Positions 37,542 to 49,160 of a stretch of DNA of 64,000 bases are shown one piece after another. The position numbers and the translations under genes were made by a program. The notes beneath the pieces are model-generated. The model was not told the origin of the DNA and made no database searches. It worked only from the letters and a program-made list of their open reading frames with translations. The stretch comes from Callorhinchus milii (lineage: Eukaryota): positions 14,634,001-14,698,000 of the forward strand of contig NW_024704742.1 of assembly GCF_018977255.1 (NCBI RefSeq). The letters run 5' to 3'. Position 1 is the first letter of the stretch. Each line of letters starts with the position of its first letter.

Positions 37542-38044
37542 GCCTCTTTGGATCTTCATCTCAGAGTCCCTCTGACTTGTTCCCTCCCTCTCCATGTTCA
37601 AAATGCATTTTAAGACATAACGCTTTGCCTGAACTTTCAGTCATCTTTCCCCTCCCTGCCCTCTTCAACTCCTACCTCTGGCTTGGATACGCAGACAGCA
37701 GTGAGAAGAAGATGTCAGTCTTGGCAATGAGTGCTGGCAAGCCACTCAACTGCAGAGAGAGTCATCTCTCTTAACCTGACTGCCATATGTGCACAGTACC
37801 AGTGAAAGGCACTAGATCAATGTACATTGTATTATATTGTATAAATAAATTGGTCACTTGGGTGTTGTCAACTTGTACAGTACATTTATAAACACTGGGT
37901 ATAAAATGTGGACTAAATGCCACTGGGCAAACCATGTTTAAATGCATGCATTATTACTGGGGATTCTCTCACGCCTGTAGAATTCTCTACCATACCAACA
38001 ATAGTAATTTTCTGTTACCTTGTCCTGATGTCCCATTGAAGAAA

Positions 38045-38369
38045 GAATTGCCATGTTTAACCACCTCTCCAACCTCCTTGCTCCCCAATCCACCACCCGG
38101 CGCCTCCGCTTTAGTGGCACTGGCCTTCTGCTTGTCCCTCACAACCATTGGAGGTCACATTTTCAGCCACTATGCCCTGAAAGTCTGGAACACACTCCCT
38201 CAATCCCTCCGCCTTGCCCCCTCTCTCCCCTTTTTCAAGGCCCAGCCTGAAAACTTTCCTTTTTGACCATGCTGACGGTCATCTCTCCCCCGGCTCGGAG
38301 TCAGGCTCTGCCACTGTTAAGCGCTCTGAGACACTATCCTGCATGGAGGGCGCTATATAAGTGCAAGTT
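38045..38369 (+). mobile_element. L2 3' fragment, tail-to-tail with a CR1
   Basis: TIGGHIFSHYALKVWNTLPQSLRLA; ends gagggcgctatataagtgcaagtt. Confidence 0.78.
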
Positions 38370-39809
38370 AACATAACATAACGTGTAGGAGCAGGAGTAG
38401 GCCATTCGGCCCTTCGAGTCTGCCCCGCCATTCAATCATGGCTGATCTTCTAATCTAACTCCAGCTAATAACCTGACCCTGCCTTCTCCCCATATCCCTT
38501 AATCCCTTTTGCAATAAGAAATATATCTATTTCAGTCTTGAATATGTTCAAGGACTGAGCGTCAACAGCCCTTTGGGGTAGTGAGTTCCATACATTCACC
38601 ACCCTTTAAGTGAAGAAGTTCTTCCTCAACTCAGTGAGAAAGGGCTGCCTCTGATTTTAAGGTTGTGACCCCTGGTTTTAGTTTCTCCAATCAGGGGAAA
38701 CAATCTCCCACTATCTAATCTATCATACCCTTTGATGATCTTATAGGTTTCTATAAAATCCCCTCTAATTCTTCTATATTCTAGAGAATATCGGCCCAAA
38801 TTGGTCAGCCTCGTAACTCAACCCCTTTATCCCTGGTACTAACCTAGTAAATCTACGCTGCACCCCCTCCAATGCAAGTGCATCCTTCCTTAAATGAGGA
38901 GACCAAAACTGCACACAGTATTCCAGGTGTGGTCTCACCAGGGCCCTATACAGTTGCAGCAAGACTTCCCTACTCTTATACTCTAATCCTTTCATAATGA
39001 ATGCTAACATACCATTCGCCTTCCTGCTTGCTGCTGCACCTGCAGACTAACTTTCTGTGTTTGGTGTACAAGGACACCCAAGTCCTTCTGGACGCTAACA
39101 CATTCCAATCTCTCCCCTTCTAAAAAATAACCCACTCTACTGTTTTTGCTCCCTAGGTGGATGACTTCGCATTTCCCTACATTATACTTCATCTGCCACC
39201 TACCTGCCCAATCACCTAACCTATCTATGTAGCGCTGCATTTTTTTAATGTCATCCTCTGTGTTGACATTTCCTCCTAGTTTTGTGTCATCCGCAAATTT
39301 AGATATATTAACTTTGATGTCGTCGTCTAGATCGTTGATGTAGATGGTAAATAGCTGAGGCCCAAGGACTGATCCTTGTGGCACTCCACTAGTCACATCC
39401 TGCCAATCTGAAAAGGACCCGTTTATCCCTACTCTTTGGTTCCTATCCGTTAACCATTCCCCAATCCACGTTAATATATTCCATGGGCCTTTATCTTTTG
39501 GAATACATTTTATGCGGCACCTTATCGAATGCCTTCTGGAAGTCCAAATAGACCACATCCACTGATTCACCCTTATCTAGTTTACTCGAAATATCCTCAA
39601 AAAGCTCCATGAGGTTTGTCAAACATAACTTCCCTTTTGTGAAGCCATGTTGACTTGGCCTAATTGTATTGTGCTCCCCTAAATACCGCACTACCACATC
39701 CTTAATCAATGATTCTAAAATTTTTCCTATCACTGATGTGAGACTAACTGGCCTATAGTTCCCCATCTTTTCCTTTCCACCTTTTTTAAATAGTGGTGTG
39801 ACATTTGCC
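38370..39809 (-). mobile_element. CR1 LINE, RT to 3' end (3' part of a split element)
   Basis: ANVTPLFKKG...[47 protein letters not shown] and LVRPHLEYCVQFWSP; (TTATG)n terminus. Confidence 0.95.
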
Positions 39810-39816
39810 TAAGTTG

Positions 39817-42800
39817 CTCCTTGTCTTGATGAGAGCGTTGACATCATGGCCTTAACGGAAACCTGGCTCACCCCAGGTGACACCTTTCCCTTCACAGAGG
39901 CAACACCACCCGGCTACACCTCCCACCACATCCCTCGCCCCAACCGCCGTGGCGGTGGTATAGCCCTTATCTCAAGGACACCACTTGCCCTATCCCACAC
40001 TCCTCTGGCTCTTTCCCCTCTTTCGAGCACCTCACCCTCTCCTACCCCTCCTTCCTCTCACTCAAAATCCTCCTCCTCTACCGGCCCCCTAACACCACTC
40101 CCATCTTCATCTTCGATATTTCTACATTACTTACATCTCTGCCTCTGCTCTGATCGCCTCATCATCCTGGCCGACTTCAACCTGCACTTCACCCCCTCCT
40201 TCTCCATCTCCTCGGACTTCTCTTCCCTGCTCTCCTCGCTCAACCTCTCCCTCCACATCAACTCCCCCACTCACAGTCACGGCCACCCACTCGATTTGGT
40301 GATCACCCGGGGCCTCAGTGTCTCGGATGTCACCATTACCGACAAGGCCGTCTCCGATCACCACTTCATCTCCTTCACCACCTCCACCCCCCACCCCAAC
40401 TCCACCAGACCCACCATCATCTTCTACCGCCCCTGGAAGAAGTTACCCCCACAATCCCTAACCGCTGCCTTGGAGTCCTCTGAACTCCTCTCCCTCTGGC
40501 CTTCAACCCTCACTGACCCCTCTTCTCCTCTCACCCTCCTCCACAACACCCTCTCCTCCACACTCGACACTCTTGCACCCATCACCTCCGGACTGTCTCC
40601 TACTCTCGCTCCTCCCCCTGGTTCACCACCCACCTCCGCTCACTGAAGAGCCAGGTGCGGGCCGCTGAACGCACCTGCCTCAAATCTGGCCTAACGGTCC
40701 ACCGACAAATCTGGCTGGACCTCCTCAAAATCTACCGCTCCACTCTAGCCTCGGCCAAGTCGTCCTTCTACTCCAGGATAATCCTGGAGGCGAAGAACAA
40801 CCCCAGGCTTCTGTTTTCTACCACATCCCGACTCCTCCGTCCCCCCCGCCACCCCGTGCAGGTCATCTCCTCCAACCTTCACTGCGAGGAGATGCTGGAT
40901 TTCCTTGAATCCAAAATCAAGGGAATCCGCTCCGCGGTCACTTCCCCTCCAACTTCCACCCACCCCCCACCCCCTCCCTCCCACACTCCGACTCCTACCC
41001 ATCCTCCCCTGCACACCTTCGTACCCGTTTCCCCACCCTCTGTCACCAAACTCATCCTATCCCTGAAACCCACCACCTGCTCCCTTGACCCCATCCCCAC
41101 TCCACTCCTTATCTCCCAGCTCCACCTCTTTGCCCCACATATCACAGACATCATCAACCTGTCCCTCTCCTCTGGCTCTGTTCCCATTCCCCTAAAAACT
41201 GCCATCATCACTCCCACTTTGAAAAAACCCTCCCTTGATGCGTCGCAGCTATCAAGCTACCGGCCCATCTCCAACCTCCCCTTCCTGTCCAAGGTCCTTG
41301 AAAGAGTTGTCGCCTCCCAGCTGCGCTCTTTCCTCTCCACCCATTCATTATTCGAACCCCTTCAGTCGGGTTTCCGTGCTGCCCATAGCACAGAAACTGC
41401 CCTGGTCAAGGTCACCAATGACATCTTGACCATCTGCGCCCAGGGCTCCCTCTGCCTCCTCGTCCTCCTCGACCTATCGGCAGCATTCGATACGGTCGAC
41501 CACGCTATCCTACTCCACCGCTTGTCCTCCCACCTCAACCTTCAAGGCCCTGTCCTTGAGTGGTTTAGGTCGTACCTCTCCCACCGTCTTCATTTTGTTT
41601 CCACAAATGGCTTTTCCTCCACCCCCCGCACTGTCTCGTGCGGTTTCCCTCAGGGCTCTGTCCTCGGTCCCCTCCTCTTCACCCTCTATATGCTCCCCCT
41701 TGGTGACATCATCCGCAGACATGGGGTTAACTTCCACATGTATGCAGATGACACCCAACTCTACCTTTCCTCCTCTACCCTCAACTCCACGACCACCGAT
41801 GTCCTGACAGCTGCCTGTCCGACATCGAGTCCTGGACGAGAGACAACTTTCTTCAGCTCAACGTGCGTAAAACTGAGGCCCTCCTGATTGGCTCACGTCA
41901 GCGCCTCCGCACCTCAGGCGCTGACAGCATCAGCATCCAAGGCTGCACTCTCCACCTCTCAAAGCCAGTCAGGAACCTCGGCGTTTTGTTCGACCCTGAG
42001 CTGTCCTTTCTTCCCCACATCCGCACCACAACTGGCACCGCCTTCCATCACCTCCGGAACATCGCCAGACTACGGCACTACCTCACCCCTCACGCTGCTG
42101 AAACTCTGGTCCACGCCTTTATCACCTCAAGGCTGGACTATGGGAACTCTCTCCTCGCCGGCCTTCCCGGCACCTCCCTCCACAAGCTGCAGGTCATTCA
42201 GAACTCTGCAGCTCGTGTACTGTCCCGCACCAGGCTTCGCGACCACATCACTCCCACCCTCGCTCGCCTCCACTGGCTCCCCATCCCCCAGAGGATCGAA
42301 TTCAAGATCCTCATCCTCGCCTACAAGGCCATTCACGGCCTTGCTCCCTCCTACCTCTCCGACCTACTATCCCCCTATCTTCCCTCCGTTCATCTGGCTC
42401 CGGTCTGCTCCACGTCCCCCGCCCCAACCGCCCTCCCATCGGTGGCCGGGCGTTCAGCCTCTCAGCCCCTAGGCTCTGGAACTCTATCCCCCAGTGCCTT
42501 TGCCTTGCCTCCTCCCTTTCCTCCTTCAAGGCCGGTCTCAAGACCTTTCTCATTGACCGTGCCTTCAGCTCACCTCTCAATTCTCTACCCCCTCCTCGCT
42601 CCCTCCCTTCCCTCCCCTCATCCTGACCATTTCCCTACTCCTCGCTCCCTCCCTTCCCTCCCCTCACCCTGACCATTTCTCCCCCTCCTCGCTCCCTCCC
42701 TTCCCTCCCTCACCCTGACCATTTCCCCCTGCTCGGGTCCTGACCCAACTGACCAGCGCTTTGGGACGTCCTCCCGACGTGAAAGGCGCTCTATAAATGG

Positions 42801-42822
42801 AATCTTGTTGTTGTTGTTGTTG
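39817..42822 (+). mobile_element. Young L2 LINE, nearly complete ORF2 (APE plus RT) with frameshifts
   Basis: [55 protein letters not shown] and YADDTQLY; a 410-aa open stretch; tail gggacgtcctcccgacgtgaaaggcgctctataaatggaatc(ttg)n. Confidence 0.96.
42590..42730 (+). repeat. Three tandem copies of a 46-47 bp pyrimidine-rich unit in the L2 3' UTR
   Basis: ctcctcgctccctcccttccctcccctcaYcctgaccatttc starts at 42592, 42638 and 42685. Confidence 0.9.
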
Positions 42823-43225
42823 ACCTTATCCCCTTGGTGCATCTCTATTATTGGCAAACTTGTTGTGTCTTCTAGGGTGAAGACAGATGCAAAGTACCCA
42901 TTTCGGGACTCTGCCATCTCCTTATCCCCCATTACAATTTCTCCCGTCTCTGATTGAAGTGGACCTACATTTAATAATAATAATAATAATAATAATCCTT
43001 GCATTTGATATAGCGCTTTTCACGTCACTAGCCTATTCCTCTTTATGTATTTGTAAAAACTTTTACAATCAGACTTAATGTTCCTAGCTAGCTTACCCTC
43101 ATACTCCTTTTTCTCGCTCTTTATGGGTTTTTTTAATTTTTGCTTGCTGGTTTCCAAAACTCTCCCAATCTTCAGATTTGCTGCTTTTCTTGGCAGTTTT
43201 ATAAACTTTTGTTTTGGATCTGCAC
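42823..43225 (-). mobile_element. CR1 upstream part, with a SINE-tail insert at ~42973-43027
   Basis: Minus-strand KEYEGKLARNIKSDCKSFYKYIKRNRLV / NVGPLQSETGEIVMGDKEMAE...YFASVFT. Confidence 0.85.
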
Positions 43226-44810
43226 ACTATAGATCCTATTGTCATCACTTGAAGCTCTGTGGTTGGTAAGCAGTAACTAAGTTGCTGCAGGCTGTGGCTT
43301 TTCTGTGTGGGGTCTATCGAGGTTATTTCAGCTGCATCCTGTTGTTAAGCCATCTAGTATAGAAAATCAAACACAATGAAATTCTCAGGAGTGACAATGC
43401 TTAAGGAAATTGATAAGACCCTTTCATTTAAGTGTTAAGCAATAAGGAAGCATCTTTTGTTTATCTTGGAAAAATGTGAAGGTGTCCAAAGAAGCACTTT
43501 TGGCAAGTATAAATTCTATAATGCCTGAATTCCCTAAGAATACATATTATAATAATCTTTACATTTAATATAGTGCCTTTCACTTCAAGAGGATGAGTCA
43601 AAGTATTTCACAGGGTTTACTGTACAATGTAATGACTATCTATTTCTTAGGCACACTTTACCATCCATGAAGGGCGCTATATAAATGCAAGTTGTTGTTG
43701 TTGCTGTTATTTTAAAGCTTTTCTCTTTTGCAGATTTTAGCTTAGCAAACTATACAAATGATTTTGAGACAAAGAGTACAAAGGAGTTGATAAACAGCAA
43801 ATCAGCTCTTTCCCAACCTCTAACCCAGGCCACAGCAAAAACAGTCTAGAATGTGAATATTTTTGGAAGATATTTATTTTTCTAACCGAGGACTGGCACT
43901 TCAAAAGCTTACTGTGTGACGTGCCATTTCACTTGTTTAAAATACTGCTGGTAATTATTTACTGGCACAAAGAAAACATGGGCTTTGGCAAACTGTTGGA
44001 ACTTTATAAACAGGAAGACTCGTTCCAGGCTGCTTTTCTAAATGCCTCCTTTCTTTTAGTGAAAGCTTGTTGTGGATAACCAACATTAATCTTTACGTGC
44101 TGAACTGCTTTTTCTTTTGGAATTACTTATATTCCTGAATTTCTTCCAGTTCATTACCCGTTTCCAATATTGGGCTCTGCATAACAATTTTTTTTGATGA
44201 AAGAATTTTTAACATCAATGTCTAAATACATTTAATAAAATTGCAACGATGTGACACTGAAACAAAACATAGACATTTTATTCACAGATCACTGCCCTCC
44301 TGCTTAACTAAGTGTAACACATTTCCCACAAATTGTACTTATTTGTCAGAAGTACATGCTTTAGAGGAGCAGCTCCAAGATATATCTGGTACAAAAAGTA
44401 ATTGATGTAGAAAATCATGGCCTGTATTTTCAATAAAAGTAACACAGTAACAGTTTCAGCAGAATTTCACCACTGATCCATGTAACTGATCCATCTGAAA
44501 GATTCATTCAACAGATCTATCTTATCATTTGTGCTCTGCACAAATTGAATACCGTGTTTGCCCACAAAACACAGTTACTCCACTTTAGAGTACATCCTGG
44601 GAAGCGCTCTGGGACGCCCTCCCAACGTGAAAGGTGCTATACCAAATCTATGGAATAATATTATTATTAAATTATTATTATCATCATCTACTAACTTTGA
44701 ATTCTTCAAATTTCTACAAACTGTACTAGTCCTTTTTTAAACCCTTTCTCGAGGGTAATTAACATCTGCAACAAGTTACAAGGAAGGGTGTTTGAGGTCA
44801 AACATTGAGA

Positions 44811-45112
44811 AATAATAATAATCCTTGCATTTGGTATAGCGCTTTATCATGTCTTCAAGACGTCTCAAAGCACTTAACTGAATATACTGTAAAGTTAATT
44901 GACTGTATATTTTGGGGCGAAATGCGGCAGCCAATTGCACACAGCGGTGTCCCACAAACAGTCGTGGATTGATTATATTTATTTTTTTGAACAAATTATT
45001 ACCCCCAGAAAAGCAATCTGCCAATCAACTGATAACCGGACTCCTACTTACTGCTCAGCAAACAGAGGTGTGTGGAGTCAGCAAAGAGTGCTCTAATCAA
45101 TGAGCTACAGGA
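44811..45112 (-). mobile_element. Long-subfamily SINE with an internally deleted head
   Basis: Antisense tail, Deu core, long-type segment; gagtgctctaatcaatgagctacagga. Confidence 0.85.
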
Positions 45113-45484
45113 AATGGCTTGATTCTGTATATGAGGGCAGTATGTGGGTATATGTATTGGGCAATACTCCCCAAACACTGTACTGGAGTGTCAACCTAGA
45201 CTATGAGCTCCAAGTCCCCAATGGAACTTCAATCTACATCCTTCTGACCCAGAAGCAAGAGTGCTACCAAATGAGCCAAGGAGGCACAAACTAGTATATA
45301 ATGAAGCTTCCACCTAACAGTGTATAGTATATGAGCCCTTCCTGTATATTTTGCACTTTCAAACTAAGAATGAAGTTCCAATCTCCTTTATAGTTGGCAA
45401 TCAATGAACCACCAAAGCACCAGATGCATTACAGACTTTGCATCCTCCATAAACAGATATATCGTGTAATATCAAAACAATCGT

Positions 45485-45805
45485 GGAGTCCTGTATCTCA
45501 GTGGTTAGAGCACTCGCTTTGCAAGCGAGAGACCTGAGTTCAATTCCAGGCAGGGCGAAACCTTGGTCAAGTTTCCTTACTCCACACGCCTAATAATAAT
45601 CCCTCCAAAACCAAAAACAATAATAAAATTGGTCATTTTCAATCAACGACTGTTTGTGGGACATTGCTGTGCGCAATTGGCTGCCGCGTTCGCCCACAAA
45701 TATACAGTCAATTCACTTTACAGTGTGTTCTGTGAAGCGCTTCGGGACATCCTCCCGACGTGAAAAGCGCTATATCAAATGCAAGGATTATTATTATTAT
45801 TATTA
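45485..45805 (+). mobile_element. Short-subfamily SINE
   Basis: Full copy with (ATT)n tail. Confidence 0.93.
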
Positions 45806-46219
45806 TAATTCATTGGAGTTGCTTTCAGTGCAACCTTTAAAATTAAAAAATATGAAACATATGTAAAGACCCAGAGATACAATAACATGGAAAATTAATT
45901 TCCATGAACTCTAAGAGCACTGCTGTTATTCAATGGATTATTTCTAAACCATGGATATTGGACACTTTCAGATCTGTCACACCAAGATCCGCCAATATCC
46001 ATTCTCAAAAGTGCAGCATCATGTGCTCGGTGCAAGAACTCTTCAGAGGTGGTGTGAATGAAGCCAGCACACACTGTTAGTTTCTTTGTGGTCTCTTGCT
46101 GTATAACTGTGTTTTTTAACACAGATTTCTGCTCTGAACTAATGTTGTTTAGTAAATAGTTTACTATACTTGCAAACCATAGTTTTCTACCATCCATTTA
46201 TACATCAAAACTATTTATT

Positions 46220-46625
46220 AGTAATAATAATAATACTTGAATTTGATAAAGCTTCCATAATCTTAAGAATGTGTCAAACACTTCACTGTTTTCTGTAAGT
46301 GTCGTGATCGCGTATTTGGAGACGAATTTATGTACAGCAATATCCTACAAACAGCCATGAATGGCCATTTTTATAATTTTATAATTTTATATGGAAGGTT
46401 GTTGGCAAGGACACTAGGAGAACATCCCATCTTTTCTCTTTTGAATAATAACTTGGGGTCTTTGATTCCCACCTGAAACAGTCAGAGAGAACCTCAGTTT
46501 AATATCACATGTGAAGGTTGGCACCACTGACAATGCAAAGCCACCCCAACACTATTGGACTATCAGCTGAGAAATAAACTCAAAGACTCAATGCAGAGTT
46601 TCAACCCTTGACCTTTGATACAGAA
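46220..46625 (-). mobile_element. Old SacSINE1/DeuSINE-like element
   Basis: cagcaatatcctacaaacagcc, ggacactaggagaac, ccacctgaa and ctcagtttaatatc; strongly diverged. Confidence 0.55.
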
Positions 46626-47774
46626 ATTTAGACTGATAAATTGACTTATAATACACAGGGAAACCTCATTACGTAGTTGGCTGTGTCCAATGTCACACCA
46701 ACCGGGTTATGAGCAGGGTGCAAAAAATGACTAGCTTCCTGGTTGTCAGGTTACTGCTGCTAATAATAATAATCCTTGCATTTGATATAGCGCCTTATCA
46801 CGTCTTCGAGACTTCTCAAAGTGCTTCAAAGCATATACTGAAAAGTGAAGTGACTGTGTGTTTTGTGGGCGAAAAGCGCCAGCCAATTGCGCACCATCCT
46901 GCATGTTGTGCTATTAACATAACATTTTAGAGAATCCAGAATTTGCCAAATTCTTAAACACAACCTTAATTTTCAAGCCCAGATTCTCTAAATTTATTTT
47001 AAGAACTATAACAAAATCTTCAAAGTTGTTTGAATTCAATAATTTGCTCAATTCTGGATGTTCTAAAATGCTACGTTGATAGAGTAAATCTCGAGCAATT
47101 TCTCCCCTCTCATTTTGACAGTGACAAAAAAAGTCACTTCATGGAAGAGGTGGGCACAATGCTCATGTGTGAAGGAGACAATTTTGTGTCAATAACAGAA
47201 CAGATAACTATATTGGGACTGTCATGCTTCAGGGAATTGTGATATTTGAAATGTATTGGGCGAAGAGTTCAATTACAGCAGAGTGAAACAAAAGAAAGAG
47301 AAGCTATCCATTGAATGGTTGTTTTTTTTTAACCATTCTTGGGTTTGATTGCAGTATTTTGTGAATAAATAATTGAAAAAGAAAAAGATTAATCCTAGGG
47401 CTGTATGATGCAGGATAATCCCTCGTATCATCTCACATAAAAAACACAATAATTGGATTGTTTCTTAGTACTAGAACAAACAGTGTTATTGTAAAATGGC
47501 ATGCTTTTATTGCGTCAATGAAATACATGTAGTTTCAGTGAATAGTTACATTGGATTACATTGTAAATTAGGAACAAGAGAAGAGACAATTTAGCCCATC
47601 AAACCTGCTCCATCACATACCATTCCATTCCTGTGTATGGCAATTTCCCTTCAACCCACCTCCCTTCCTTATTCCTTAATATTTTAACTCCCAAAGCATC
47701 TCTCTTAATTTGCTCTTAATTTTCCATTTCTGGATTTCCGGGACGATGTGTTCCAGATTCTTATTTTACTGTAA

Positions 47775-48103
47775 GATCCTGTAGCTCAGTGGTTAGAGCA
47801 CTCGCTTTGCAAGCGAGAGACCTGAGTTCAATTCCAGGCAGAGGGCGAAACCTTGGGCAAGTTTCCTTACTCCACACAGAGTCTAATAATAATCCTTCCA
47901 AAAAAACCAAAAAAAATAATAAATTGGTCATTTTCAAACTACGACTGTTTGTGGGACATTGCTGTGTGAAATTGGCTGCCGCGTTCGCCCACAAATATAC
48001 AGTCAATTCACTTTACAGTGTGTTCTGTGAAGCGCTTTGGGACGTCCTCCCGACGTGAAAAGCGCTATATCAAATGCAAGGATTATTATTATTATTATTA
48101 TTA
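47775..48103 (+). mobile_element. Short-subfamily SINE, inserted in an antisense CR1 3' relic
   Basis: Nearly identical to 5666-5983, including the shared variants ggcagagggcg and ctccacacagag. Confidence 0.93.
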
Positions 48104-48284
48104 CTTTGTGAGAAGGGATTTTTCCCTGCCTCGGTATGAACTCGGTAGATAGTTCGAGGTTGTGGGATCCTTAGATCCTTAGCTGTTACAGGAAAGACTC
48201 ATTCACAAACTGTGTATCACCGGGTATCAAGGGCAAGACACGGACATGAATTTAGAATTAGCTAAAGGAATTAGGGAAACTAGT

Positions 48285-49160
48285 CAAAATGGGGAGAGGT
48301 AGTAAGTGGGGTGACTCAGGGGGCTGTTCTGAGACCCCTCCTGTTCCTTCTGTATATTAATGACCTAGATTCACAAACTCAATGTAAGATAGTTAACTTT
48401 GCAGAGGCAGCAAAGTCCCTACAAAGAGAACTCGATTGGGTATGCACATGGGCCAATAATTGGCAAATGAAGACTGATAAATGCAAGGTACTCCATATAG
48501 GATTCAAGAATAGGAAACACAAGTACTCCAGGAATGGGATTAAACTTGCCAAAGGGAAAATGAAAGAGATCTAGAAGTGTTAACTGACGCATCGCTCACT
48601 ATGTCAAACAATGTGAGGCACCAATAAACAGGACAGACAGGTTGCTGGGCTATATTGCTAAATCAGGTGAGTTGAGATCCCCAGACATCATTCTCAGGCT
48701 GTACAATGCTCTCCTGAGATCACAACTTAAATGCTATGTCAAAGTTTGGTCACCGCAAAGAGAGCTGTTGAGGCAGAGGAGAGCAACGAGGAATGAGCTT
48801 TGAGCAATGACTAAACAAGCTAGGACTCTTCTGTGTTGAAAGAAGCTAATCTTATAGAGGTGTGCAAAATTTAAAATGGGATTGAAAAAATAAACCCAGA
48901 TTTTACCTAGATGAATCATGACAGCAGAACAAGAGAATATAGGTTTAGAGTTTAAAGGGCAATTTCAGGACAGAAACAAGGAAGATTTTCTTTATGCAGA
49001 GTGTAATCAATGACTGGAAGAGGTAGGTAGGAAAGATGATTGAGGGAAGAACATCGACTCAGTTAAAAAACAGCTTGATGTAGTGATGGGCAGATGGTAG
49101 GATGGTGTTCTGGAGGTTTGAGATTAGATGGGACTAGTTTGTCAGCTATGACAAATAATT
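48285..49160 (+). mobile_element. Degenerate CR1 RT-to-3' fragment
   Basis: GVTQGAVLRPLLFLLYINDLD...WANNWQMK..KCKVLHIG. Confidence 0.8.

Noticed and set aside
37117..37774. Poly-Ile and poly-Leu ORFs that look like membrane or signal peptides
   Set aside because: They are produced by the (ATT)n microsatellite
40655..41887. 410-aa reverse transcriptase as a host gene or prokaryote-type RT system (retron, DGR, group II intron)
   Set aside because: It has an APE endonuclease upstream, an L2 tail downstream, frameshifts and multiple related copies; it is an ordinary L2 LINE
45485..45560. tRNA-Ala/Val-like genes at SINE heads
   Set aside because: Each runs directly into a SINE body and tail, has no nearby Pol III terminator, and shows stem mismatches and variable anticodons; these are SINE heads, not tRNA genes
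45895..46197. 100-aa minus-strand ORF in unique sequence
   Set aside because: No motif, homology or convincing exon boundaries; the length is compatible with chance
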